Shown: one piece after another, positions 6,784-15,822 of the stretch
How the letters are laid out: each line of letters opens with the position of its first letter
How positions within the stretch are numbered: the stretch's first letter is position 1
Assembly: GCA_964510055.1 (NCBI GenBank)
Contig: CAZDZY010000004.1
Coordinates: 1-56,789, forward strand
Origin: an uncultured Christensenellaceae bacterium
Lineage (GTDB): Bacteria; Bacillota; Clostridia; Christensenellales; SZUA-584
Direction: 5' to 3'
DNA: 56,789 nt
Position numbers and translations under genes: made by a program
Notes under the pieces: model-generated
The model's input: the letters and a program-made list of their open reading frames with translations, nothing else
Database searches by the model: none
What the model was told of the DNA's origin: nothing

Positions 6784-7494
6784 TTATACGCTTATTTCCG
6801 GCATTTCCCTGTCCGGAACGGCTGCATTGCCCATCCCCATTCTCTTTATCTCTTTTTTCACGTCATCGATCGGTACAGTCCAGTCGCAATCGATCAAATG
6901 AACCGCAACGATATACCGCGGATGGTATTCATTATTAAGCGTTTCAAATATGGAAAGATGTTCTGCTTTCTTATCAAAGAAAACAGTATTCACTATCATT
7001 GCGTCCGGCGAATAGACCCGTTCGTCTTTTTTAGTGATATTGTGGCTGTCCCCGGTCACGTATATCTTCTTCCCGTCCATCTCGATCAAATAGCTGTTGT
7101 GTATAGTCATATTATCGCCGTCGTGAAAGTGAGGGCTGGCGTACGACCTGATGCATACGTCGTCTACTTTGGTTTCTGCGGCAACGCCGGGGTCCTGATG
7201 ATATAGGATGGCCAGTTTATCCGGACTTACCTTGCAGCGCGCCAGCATCGGGTATGCTATGCTGGGCGGCCCCACGATAACGGCATTTGTTTTCTTGGCC
7301 GCCGCCGCCGCGCCTTCCGCGTCAAAATGGTCGGCATGGTCGTGGGTCACGAGTATGATGTCCGCGTCGCTGATATCGGCGTTTATGTTCGGGTGCTTAC
7401 GGGTGTCGATTATCGCGTCCACATATATTTTTTTCGTTTTTCCGCTGATCTTTACGCCGGCAATGCCGAGCGCTGTAATTGTTATATCCGGCAT
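6784..7494 (-). CDS. metallo-beta-lactamase-fold hydrolase (UlaG/Lactamase_B_3-like)
   Basis: ILVTHDHADHFD (HxHxDH), IYVTGDS, VAVH; GAGGAG RBS before ATG at 7494. Confidence 0.9.
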   Translation of the reverse strand: MPDITITALGIAGVKISGKTKKIYVDAIIDTRKHPNINADISDADIILVTHDHADHFDAEGAAAAAKKTNAVIVGPPSIAYPMLARCKVSPDKLAILYHQDPGVAAETKVDDVCIRSYASPHFHDGDNMTIHNSYLIEMDGKKIYVTGDSHNITKKDERVYSPDAMIVNTVFFDKKAEHLSIFETLNNEYHPRYIVAVHLIDCDWTVPIDDVKKEIKRMGMGNAAVPDREMPEISV

Positions 7495-7601
7495 GGTTTC
7501 TCCTCTTTTCAATAATAAACAATAAAATACGGTATCAAAAGCCCGGCTTTTCGTGCTTCAAATCTGCTTGCTTATCTATTGCTGTGCCCGGCCGGCTCCT
7601 G

Positions 7602-9149
7602 TTACGCGCAAGCGTACATCGCATAGTAACTCAATACTTCTTTGACCTTCCTGCCGTCATATTTAAATACTTTGATCCCTAAATCGTTTCCCCAGGACTG
7701 CTCCATGACCAGCTCGCTGATACCGTCTCCGTCGATGTCTATAATGCCCACCAAGGAAAAGCGTTCGCCGAATTCTTCGTCTGTTGTCAAATATATTTCT
7801 TTTGCGGTGCCGTCGCTTTCTATAACGCACAACAGATCGTAGTACGCTGCATCAGTTCCCGTGCTGCCCGCCTCCGCAACGGTTTCTTTTTCTCCGTCGC
7901 CGTCGATATCCGCCATGGCCGCGTTCCATATGCGCGCTTCGGCAGCCCCTTTGCCTATTCTTTCGTCCAGCAGGTTTTGGACGGCACTGGTGCTGGTATC
8001 CACTATCTCGGGATCCATCTCGATATAAGGCAGTTCCCCTCCGGAATATATATAAGAATAATTATTATCGCTAAAACCCTCGGGCAAGTTAAGATAGAAA
8101 CAGCCGGAAGTATCGGGGGTTGTATCGCTCGGTTCTTCATCATATTCCTCATGCGCTGCTCCCGAAGACTCTACCGTCCCCTTAAACCCCTCAAGATCAT
8201 ACATATTGAACATAATTTTCCCTTTGCACAATCTCGCGGCTTTGCTTTGAGTGATCCATTTTCCATTGGAATACCCGCCGAATATTTCGCCTTCAGTCGA
8301 CGCTATTATAACGGTCTTATTCTTTGTCGGCGCGGGAGTAGCCGTTGGAGAGGGCTCAGCCGTCGGAGAAGGCGACAGGATCTGCTCCGGTAATTCATAG
8401 AGAGGCAGGAGAGTTACCTTGCCGTCTTTAAAAACGACCCGGAATATTACCGGCCAATCGCCGGGCTGCACAAGGTACAGATTGTCTTGAGTGGGTGTGA
8501 TCTCCACACCGGGTACGGGAAGTAACTCCGGGGGCAGTAAATACATCTCCCCGCCCATAAAATCGTAGCAATACAGCCCGTCGCCGCTCGATATCAGCAG
8601 CCATCTGTTAAATAAAGCGAGATCCTTTGCTTGTATCGGCGCGAATAACACGTCTTCTCCCGTGGAAATGGAATAGACATGCACCCCCTTAGGCTGTTCG
8701 TAATAAAAGACGTTATCTCCCCGCACAGCTGTATTATTATTTACAACATCCTGGTCGACAGGCAGGTCCTTAGCCAGGCAGGTATTACTGCCGTCCGCGA
8801 GGTCATACCGGTATAGGTCGCTTCCGATATAAGCATTCTGGTTATTGATAAAAAGATACAGTTTGCCTGAGTCATAGAAAAAGGAGTTGCCTTGAGCATT
8901 CCCGTAAGCCAGGTCTGATGAATAGGAAAATTCGCAGAGCTCCTCCCTGCCGCTTCCGTCAAGATTTACTCTCACAAGAGTATATTTACGCTCTGTATCA
9001 GTCATCATAGGGCTTTCGAAAAAATACAGCTTGTCTTCAATAAGCAGTAAATTTTGATAAGGAGCACCCTCGCAGAGCGTCTTAATACCGCTCCCGTCGG
9101 TCTTTATTTTTTTATGCTGCTGTATCCGTATGCAATATAATAGACCCAT
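7602..9149 (-). CDS. C-terminal part of a frameshifted lipoprotein: DUF5050-like beta-propeller + Pro/Thr linker + DxDGDG-containing domain
   Basis: KIKTDGSG, RVNLDGSG repeats; C-terminal domain paralogous to 9598..10563; lacks its own signal peptide and continues 9104..9547 after a -1 shift. Confidence 0.8.
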   Translation of the reverse strand: MGLLYCIRIQQHKKIKTDGSGIKTLCEGAPYQNLLLIEDKLYFFESPMMTDTERKYTLVRVNLDGSGREELCEFSYSSDLAYGNAQGNSFFYDSGKLYLFINNQNAYIGSDLYRYDLADGSNTCLAKDLPVDQDVVNNNTAVRGDNVFYYEQPKGVHVYSISTGEDVLFAPIQAKDLALFNRWLLISSGDGLYCYDFMGGEMYLLPPELLPVPGVEITPTQDNLYLVQPGDWPVIFRVVFKDGKVTLLPLYELPEQILSPSPTAEPSPTATPAPTKNKTVIIASTEGEIFGGYSNGKWITQSKAARLCKGKIMFNMYDLEGFKGTVESSGAAHEEYDEEPSDTTPDTSGCFYLNLPEGFSDNNYSYIYSGGELPYIEMDPEIVDTSTSAVQNLLDERIGKGAAEARIWNAAMADIDGDGEKETVAEAGSTGTDAAYYDLLCVIESDGTAKEIYLTTDEEFGERFSLVGIIDIDGDGISELVMEQSWGNDLGIKVFKYDGRKVKEVLSYYAMYACA

Positions 9150-9547
9150 CCGTCTTTATAATTCAGGCAACGCGGAAATATTACTTCCGCGCATACGCAG
9201 TTGCTTCCGTCGGGGTCCGCAAAGGCGAGGTAATCGATACAACCGTTTTCCCTGTCGACTACGGGCTTTAAGAACGCTATCCTGTCTCCGCACTGCGTTA
9301 TGCTAGCCCCCGGATACGCGCCGGCGCTTTCCCAGTCGTACCACTTTTCCCCCAGCAGGCAGGGCAGCGTTGCTGCGGCCGTGGGCAGGGCCTTCGGATA
9401 AGGCGCGGCGATTTTTGCCGGCGCAGGTGCGGCCTGCGTCGCCGTCGGCGTTCCTGCAGCCTGCGTTTCCGCGCTATGCCCCGAGCAGGCCGCAAGCCCC
9501 AATATCGTTGCCGTAATCATGATCAGGATCATTATTCGCTTCATCAT
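9104..9547 (-). CDS. N-terminal part of the frameshifted lipoprotein (lipobox LAAC)
   Basis: MKRIMILIMITATILGLAACSGHS; ends at ATA AAA AAA TAA in the middle of a propeller blade. Confidence 0.8.
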   Translation of the reverse strand: MMKRIMILIMITATILGLAACSGHSAETQAAGTPTATQAAPAPAKIAAPYPKALPTAAATLPCLLGEKWYDWESAGAYPGASITQCGDRIAFLKPVVDRENGCIDYLAFADPDGSNCVCAEVIFPRCLNYKDGWVYYIAYGYSSIKK

Positions 9548-9597
9548 GTTGTAAGTACTCCTTTTGAACATTATCACTGAGCCTCCGGTTTACTCTA

Positions 9598-10563
9598 TCA
9601 CGGGCACTCCTCGTACACCCAGTGCTCTATTACTTTACTAACACTTTTGCCGTTATATTTATATACTGTAGTTCCGGAATCTTCCCCCCACGCCTCTTCG
9701 ACTAACAACTCGCTCATACCATCCCCGTCGATGTCTATTATGTTCTGCACAAAAATTAACCGGTAATCGGAGTCGGGCATTTCGTCTGTGGGAATAAAGT
9801 AATAATCTTCTATTACCTTTACCGTGCCGTTGCTCTCTATAATGCAGCACAGGCAGTAATCCTCCCCGCCATCCGCATTTACGACGGTTTCTTTTTTCCC
9901 GTCGTTGTCGATATCTGATTTGACCGCAACACTTATTTCTGCTTCCGCAGCCTCTTCCCCCATTTTTTCATTCAACAGGTCTTGGACAGCACTGTTGATA
10001 TCTGTTGTATCTGAAACGACATTGATAACAGGCAGTTTCCCTCCGGAATAAAGATATGCTGAACTAAGAGGCTCATTTTCAAAATAAGGCTCTGCGCCTA
10101 TTTCTGCATAATAGGCCTCGGGTAATTTAAGATAAAATCCGCCAATACTTTCATAATCTTCTTGTTCGTATGTTGCTCCTGCGGATTTTACTGTCTCCTT
10201 AAGTTCCGTAAGGCTATACCTGCTGAAAGTTATTTTGCCTTTGCACAATTCCGCGGCCTCGCTGTCATTAAGCCATTTTCCTTTTGAATACCCGCCGCAT
10301 ATATTGCCGTATGAAGTCGCTATTATAACAGTATTATCCTTGGCCGGCGATGGGGAAGCCGTTGGCGCGGGAGTAGCCGTTGGCGTCTGTAAAGCGGCTT
10401 CCGTCGGCGTCGCTCCCGGGGTTCGTAACGGGGCCTGCGATGCCGGGGCCGGCGCCGACGCAGAAGGCAGTGTCGTAATTATTACAGTGCTATGCCCCGA
10501 GCAGGCCGCAAGCCCTAATATAATCGCCGTAATCGTAATCAAATTAGTTATTCGTTTCATCAT
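9598..10563 (-). CDS. lipoprotein with Pro/Thr/Ala linker and DxDxDG (Ca-binding-like) domain
   Basis: Lipobox LAAC; SDIDNDG and IDIDGDG motifs; GGAGG RBS. Confidence 0.88.
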   Translation of the reverse strand: MMKRITNLITITAIILGLAACSGHSTVIITTLPSASAPAPASQAPLRTPGATPTEAALQTPTATPAPTASPSPAKDNTVIIATSYGNICGGYSKGKWLNDSEAAELCKGKITFSRYSLTELKETVKSAGATYEQEDYESIGGFYLKLPEAYYAEIGAEPYFENEPLSSAYLYSGGKLPVINVVSDTTDINSAVQDLLNEKMGEEAAEAEISVAVKSDIDNDGKKETVVNADGGEDYCLCCIIESNGTVKVIEDYYFIPTDEMPDSDYRLIFVQNIIDIDGDGMSELLVEEAWGEDSGTTVYKYNGKSVSKVIEHWVYEECP

Positions 10564-10666
10564 GGGGTAAGCCCTCCGCGTTAGATCAATTGATTAAAAA
10601 CTGAAAATACATATGCGCATATTATAGCACATTTTATATAATGGTGTTATATTCTGCTAAATAGAA

Positions 10667-11050
10667 GCCTCCTTTTCCCAAAGGAGGTGGACCCTGCGCT
10701 ATTAAGCGCAGGGGACGGAGGATTAATTAGATTTTATTTTACTTCCTTAGTTATATAACTCATACTCGACAATCCTCAGTCAGACACCTCTGTTCGCAAT
10801 AGTCGTCTGCCTTCACTGCCGTTTGGCATACTCCCTTGTTCATAGAACCTCCGACTCGCTTAATCTGCCACCGGCAGCGCTCGTCTCCGGTTCCTTTCAA
10901 AAGGAGCCTATGTTTGGTGCCGCATACGGTGAAGTATTATGCCTCCTTTTCCTTCGCTCCAAAATGCCTCGCGGCTTTTTGAAGTTCCCCAAAAAGTCTC
11001 ACGGCTTTTTGGGGTCCCCGTTCAGGAGGCGGCCTCGGCACAAGATCGCA
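10667..11050. repeat. cluster of nested REP-like elements (family A with loop insertions)
   Basis: Family A arms at 10667-10724 and 10771-10909 (about 100 bp inserted), followed by another left arm 10940-11050 carrying the CCCCAAAAAGTCTCACGG unit. Confidence 0.75.
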
Positions 11051-11109
11051 GGTCTGCTTTTTGGCTTACGATCCAGCGCTGGGGCGGAGAGTTGCCTGGT
11101 CCTCAAATA

Positions 11110-13875
11110 TCACCCGTGCAGGTAATAATCTTCCGGATCGGTCAATGGCTTGAGCGTAGAGTCAGTATCCCATGTTTCATGCCGTATAACTTCTTTTACC
11201 GCCAGCCCGTTGCCTTCGACGGAGATCTCTTCGAGCAGCAGCACGTCGTTAAATTCCGGAGCGTCCGTCTCTGAATAGCCCAGCGCAAAATAAACGTACA
11301 GCTTGTCCTTTGCCTCAAATATCTCTATAAACTCGCTGTTCAGATTACCGAGGCACCTTGTCTCGCGCGTGTTCGTATCAAACGCCCAAAGTTTCCAGCC
11401 GGAGCAATATATTATATATTGATAATACCTGGCAAGACTGTCCGGCCAGTAATTCGTATATTCCGCCGCCGTGTTCCCCGCTTCGTCTATTATCTTATAC
11501 TGACGCCTGCTTTTATTGACGACTTTATATCCGTTCAGCTCCATATATACGGCTTCGTCCTGTTTTATCAGCGTATTCGTACGTTCATCCAGCAAATAGC
11601 TCAGTACCCCGTCAGCCGTATTGATGTATACATGTATCCCGTCGTCCATTTCCCTTACCACATCGATATCATATTCCATAACAACGCTTTTAAGGCTTTT
11701 ATCGCGTATATCGTACACATACAGTATATTGGAGGCTGCGCCCGCCTCCGCACCGCAGCATACAGCGCCGTAATATACTTTACCGCCCGAGGCAAATACA
11801 GACGATATATAGCGCCCGCCCTGCGCTATACGCTGCTCGCCGCTCCCGTCAGTATTTACGCAATACAGAGAATATGTGTTTTCTTCGCGGTCTTCACAGC
11901 GCTTCTCCCTTTCGAAAAACACCTTGCCGTCCGATACGGCTATATTAAAGCTCGCGTCTTCCGCGATAAGTACCCTTTCGCCCTTTTCCGTGTCGTACCT
12001 GTACAGGTCCCTTAAACCCGTCCTGCCGTTTCTTACGGTATAAAATATCCTGCCGCCGTCGGCGGCAAACGCGCTGCTCATGCTCTTGTGCGTATTTTGC
12101 TGCGAAGGGTCGGGGGGCTGCAGCTTTATTCTATTATCCGGCGTATTGAAAGACAGGAACAGCGCCAGTATTATCGCGGCGGATACCAAGACGCACACAG
12201 CCATACCTGCCGCCTTTTTCGCGAACAGCTTTTTTCTCAGCAGGGCTGCGAGCAAAACGAGCGCAAGCGCGCCGCCGCCCAAAACGATCCAGTACCACGC
12301 CGAATACCTGAACGTCATTTCACTCGTCGTATTGATCGTGAAAACGTTCCTTGCCGATCCGTCCCTGGAAACAGCCTCTATTATTATCTCGTCTTTCCCG
12401 GGTCTTACTTCAACGGGCCCGTATATATACCCCGCCTTCTCCCCGTTCACAAAGACCTGCGTTTCGTAATCGTAACTGAGTTCCAGGTCGACCGCGTGCC
12501 CCTGCTTTACCGTATAATCAAAGCTTTCCGGCCTTACGCCGTTTTCCGACACCGCGTTTATGTTTATTCCGTCGCAATATACATTGAAATCGGTGCTTAC
12601 ACGATACAGGTCGGGCGTAACTTCGCAGTCTCCGTTAACCTCGAACTCTTCCGACTTAAGCGCCGGCCTGTACTCATTTTCAGGATCGCCGTAATATTCG
12701 ATATAGTATCTGCCTTCCGGCATGAAAACTTCGATCACATTGCGGCCGGAAACGCATAACACCTCCCGTCTGTTTCCCTCGCCGTCAACTATATATAAAG
12801 GGTCAAAATAATGCATGTCGCCGTCGGCCATCGTAAAGCAGCCGTTGCTGCCCAGTTCAATGGTCACGCGGCACAGATCGTTTTCAACATAATCGCTTTT
12901 GTTCGGATCGACAAGGCCGACGTCTCCGTACTCGTAAATAATCGCGCCTTTCAATACGAACTCAACGTCCTTGTTGGCCGTTCCGTGGCCGTCTTCATAT
13001 TTTCCGAGCCTTGTCTTATTAAGGTGTATATTCGCGTTTCCCGACAATTCCACCCTGCCGGCCTGCCCGAGCGTTCCGCACCCTACGGCCGTTTCATAAC
13101 TCTCTGCCGTATACACCTTTCCGCCCGTTATCTTTATTATCCCGGCGTTTCCTTTGCCGTTCGGCTCATTTTCCGATTCGGGTTCCTCGGAATCGCAATC
13201 CTCAGGGTAAAACTCATAGATCCCGCTTCCTCCGCCTATGGCGGCGGCGTCTCCACCCGACATGGCATGTATACACCCGCCTTTTATCTCAATGGCCCCG
13301 CCGTCTCCGCCGGCGCCTCCGCCTATTCCGGCCGCCCCGTATCCCCCGGCGGCGCGTATCTCACCGCTCTCTATAACTATTTTCCCGCAGTCTCTGTTGT
13401 TTTTCAGCGCCGTATCCCTCGGAACGTTTTCATTCCCGTTCCCGCCTATTCCGGCGCACCCTCCGCCGCCCTGCGCCGTTAAACTCCCTTCGCCGCAGAT
13501 CGTCAATTCGGCTTCTCCCTCTACCCTTATCCCCGCTCCCGACCACCCGCCCGTTATTTCGCTCGACCCTTCGAGATAAAGCCTGTTGTTTGCGCCTTCA
13601 AACGTTATGCCGCAGTTGCTGTAGCAGATAGAATTATCTATATCCAGGTCTTTTATTGTAAGATCGACGCCCTCTTTGCATTCGATCGATAAATTTTTAT
13701 ATTCATATCCTTTCCCGTCTATGTATGCGTTTCCGGGCTCGACGACGATCCTCCCGCCGTGGCTCAGCTGCGCCGAATAATCCACTGTGCCGGCAGGAGT
13801 TTCCGCCATCGCGGCGCCGGGCGAAAAGAGCAGCGCGCAGGCTATAATGATTACACCCAATTCGTATCGCTTCAT
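11110..13875 (-). CDS. surface protein: Gly-rich (GAGIGG) beta-helix + Ig/cadherin-like domains + 2 TM + DUF5050-like propeller
   Basis: Signal peptide; GAGIRVE/AGIGG repeats; WYWIVLGGG.. and second TM; YCVNTDGSG blades; 4-nt overlap with the upstream gene. Confidence 0.85.
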   Translation of the reverse strand: MKRYELGVIIIACALLFSPGAAMAETPAGTVDYSAQLSHGGRIVVEPGNAYIDGKGYEYKNLSIECKEGVDLTIKDLDIDNSICYSNCGITFEGANNRLYLEGSSEITGGWSGAGIRVEGEAELTICGEGSLTAQGGGGCAGIGGNGNENVPRDTALKNNRDCGKIVIESGEIRAAGGYGAAGIGGGAGGDGGAIEIKGGCIHAMSGGDAAAIGGGSGIYEFYPEDCDSEEPESENEPNGKGNAGIIKITGGKVYTAESYETAVGCGTLGQAGRVELSGNANIHLNKTRLGKYEDGHGTANKDVEFVLKGAIIYEYGDVGLVDPNKSDYVENDLCRVTIELGSNGCFTMADGDMHYFDPLYIVDGEGNRREVLCVSGRNVIEVFMPEGRYYIEYYGDPENEYRPALKSEEFEVNGDCEVTPDLYRVSTDFNVYCDGININAVSENGVRPESFDYTVKQGHAVDLELSYDYETQVFVNGEKAGYIYGPVEVRPGKDEIIIEAVSRDGSARNVFTINTTSEMTFRYSAWYWIVLGGGALALVLLAALLRKKLFAKKAAGMAVCVLVSAAIILALFLSFNTPDNRIKLQPPDPSQQNTHKSMSSAFAADGGRIFYTVRNGRTGLRDLYRYDTEKGERVLIAEDASFNIAVSDGKVFFEREKRCEDREENTYSLYCVNTDGSGEQRIAQGGRYISSVFASGGKVYYGAVCCGAEAGAASNILYVYDIRDKSLKSVVMEYDIDVVREMDDGIHVYINTADGVLSYLLDERTNTLIKQDEAVYMELNGYKVVNKSRRQYKIIDEAGNTAAEYTNYWPDSLARYYQYIIYCSGWKLWAFDTNTRETRCLGNLNSEFIEIFEAKDKLYVYFALGYSETDAPEFNDVLLLEEISVEGNGLAVKEVIRHETWDTDSTLKPLTDPEDYYLHG

Positions 13876-15665
13876 CGTATTCCCCCTTCAACCAGCCCTC
13901 CGGGAATCCCGCCCGCCCCTGCCGTATTCTTTCTTTTCCTTAATTTTTTCGCTGCAAAAGCGGCTGCGAGTAAAACGGCAGCCGCGCCGGCGGCCGCCCA
14001 AAACCAACCGGTATACCAGACCGGCATGGGGCACCTTGTATATATACGGTATACTTCCTCCGTTACGCCGTCCCCGGCGACTGCTTTAAACTCTATAATG
14101 CCGTATCCCGGTTTTACCTTCACGGCCGTATCGAGCCTTAACCCCCCTCCGGCCGTTTCCGTAACATCGCCGCATACTTCGCCGTTGATATAAAACTGCA
14201 CGTCAGAGTACGGGGTCGTCGCCCACAGGTGGGCTGTATTGCCTTCCTCTATCGCAAGGTCAAAATCCCTCTGATCGGCGTTGTCATAACTGTCTGACCG
14301 GGCCATATTATAAACGCCCCGCGCATCCATATACCTGCACGTAAACGCCACGTTCACGGCGACCGAATAGAATTGAAGCGTTACATCGATATCCCCTTTA
14401 ACTTCAAACTCCCGCGTACACTTTATCGGCTCGTTGATATCGTAATATCCGGGGCATTCGATACTGTAGGTGCCTTCCGGCATGTAAGCCTCGATCACAT
14501 TATTTTCGGAGATATACGGTATCACCCTTCTGGCCCATCTCCTGTCGATTATGCACAACGGTTCGAGTTCATCAAACCCGTTTCTCGTGCTGAAAAACTT
14601 TTGAGGGTCGTCTATCCTGACTATCGCTTTGCGGAAACCGTTTTCTCCCGCCGCCTTAAAATACCCTTCGTCTTTCCTGCTCCACCCTTCGCCGCTTTCC
14701 CTTATATATACGATCACGTCTTCATCTATCGTCACGTCCATGCCTTCGCTGATATGCCCGAACTCCAGCAGTACGTCAGCGTCCCCGGCTATCTTTACGC
14801 TGCCGCCGCTGCCGCCGCCCACACCGCAGCCGATCGATATCGGGTAGAAAAACGATTCTCTGTCCTGGGCGGCAGTTACGCAGCCGCCGGTTATCGATAT
14901 CTCTCCGGCGCCGCCTTTCGCTATGAAATTCATACCATCGTAGATGCTTGCCTCTTCATCTGCCTGATTCTCTTCTGTTTCAGAACAGCGGTAAAATCCC
15001 CCTCCGCAGCCTATCGCAGCCGCCGTATGATTCGCCGACGCGTAAACTCCGCCCCCGGTTATCTCTATCACGCCTCCGTCTCCGCCAAGCCCGCCGCCTA
15101 TGCCTGCGGCGTCGCCGCCGCCGTAAGCTGCTATATCTCCGCCAGTTATAACGATCCTTCCGCAGTCCACGTTATATTCGAGCGCCTCTTTTTCGGTCTT
15201 GTATTCGTTGGCGCTTCCGCCTACGCCCGCTCCGCCGTATCCGCCTTCCGCCCGCAAATAGCCGTCCCCTTGTATAGTGAGTTCCGTCCCTCCCTCCACC
15301 CTTATCCCGGCTTCATAGTCTCCGGCTGTTAAGCTGTTCCATTCCCTGTAATATAATCTGTTGTTCTCTCCGGTAAACGATATAGGGCAGGCACGGCCGT
15401 ATTCCGAATCGTTGATATCCAGATTTTCGATGGTCAGGTCCGCGCCCTCTTTGCATTCTATGCGCAGGTTTGTGTATACGCGGTCTTCCCCAAGAATGTA
15501 CGCTTCACCCGGCTCGATTACTATTGTGCGGCCGTCGCCCAGCTGCGTCGAATAATCCACCGCGCCTGCCGGGACGTCCGATGCGGATGCCGCAGCCTGT
15601 ACCGGGCAGGCGGCTGCGCCTAATATGAGCGCCGTTATAATAACAAACGCCGTTATTCTTTTCAT
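13872..15665 (-). CDS. surface protein: Gly-rich beta-helix + Ig/cadherin-like domains + C-terminal TM anchor
   Basis: Signal peptide MKRITAFVIITALILGAAAC; paralog of the N-terminal half of 11110..13875; TM followed by basic tail. Confidence 0.85.
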   Translation of the reverse strand: MKRITAFVIITALILGAAACPVQAAASASDVPAGAVDYSTQLGDGRTIVIEPGEAYILGEDRVYTNLRIECKEGADLTIENLDINDSEYGRACPISFTGENNRLYYREWNSLTAGDYEAGIRVEGGTELTIQGDGYLRAEGGYGGAGVGGSANEYKTEKEALEYNVDCGRIVITGGDIAAYGGGDAAGIGGGLGGDGGVIEITGGGVYASANHTAAAIGCGGGFYRCSETEENQADEEASIYDGMNFIAKGGAGEISITGGCVTAAQDRESFFYPISIGCGVGGGSGGSVKIAGDADVLLEFGHISEGMDVTIDEDVIVYIRESGEGWSRKDEGYFKAAGENGFRKAIVRIDDPQKFFSTRNGFDELEPLCIIDRRWARRVIPYISENNVIEAYMPEGTYSIECPGYYDINEPIKCTREFEVKGDIDVTLQFYSVAVNVAFTCRYMDARGVYNMARSDSYDNADQRDFDLAIEEGNTAHLWATTPYSDVQFYINGEVCGDVTETAGGGLRLDTAVKVKPGYGIIEFKAVAGDGVTEEVYRIYTRCPMPVWYTGWFWAAAGAAAVLLAAAFAAKKLRKRKNTAGAGGIPGGLVEGGIR

Positions 15666-15822
15666 GCTGTTTGCCCTCCGTGGGATGTATCGATTGATAA
15701 ATGAAACATATATGCTCTAATTATAGCACATTTTATATAATAGTGTTATATTCTGTTAAATAAAAAGCCTCCCGAAGGAGGCGGCCCTTGCGCTAAGAGC
15801 GCAAGGGAAGGCCGTCTATGCT

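Noticed and set aside
6784..7494. Metallo-beta-lactamase resistance gene
   Set aside because: No signal peptide; motifs fit the generic cytoplasmic UlaG-like hydrolases.
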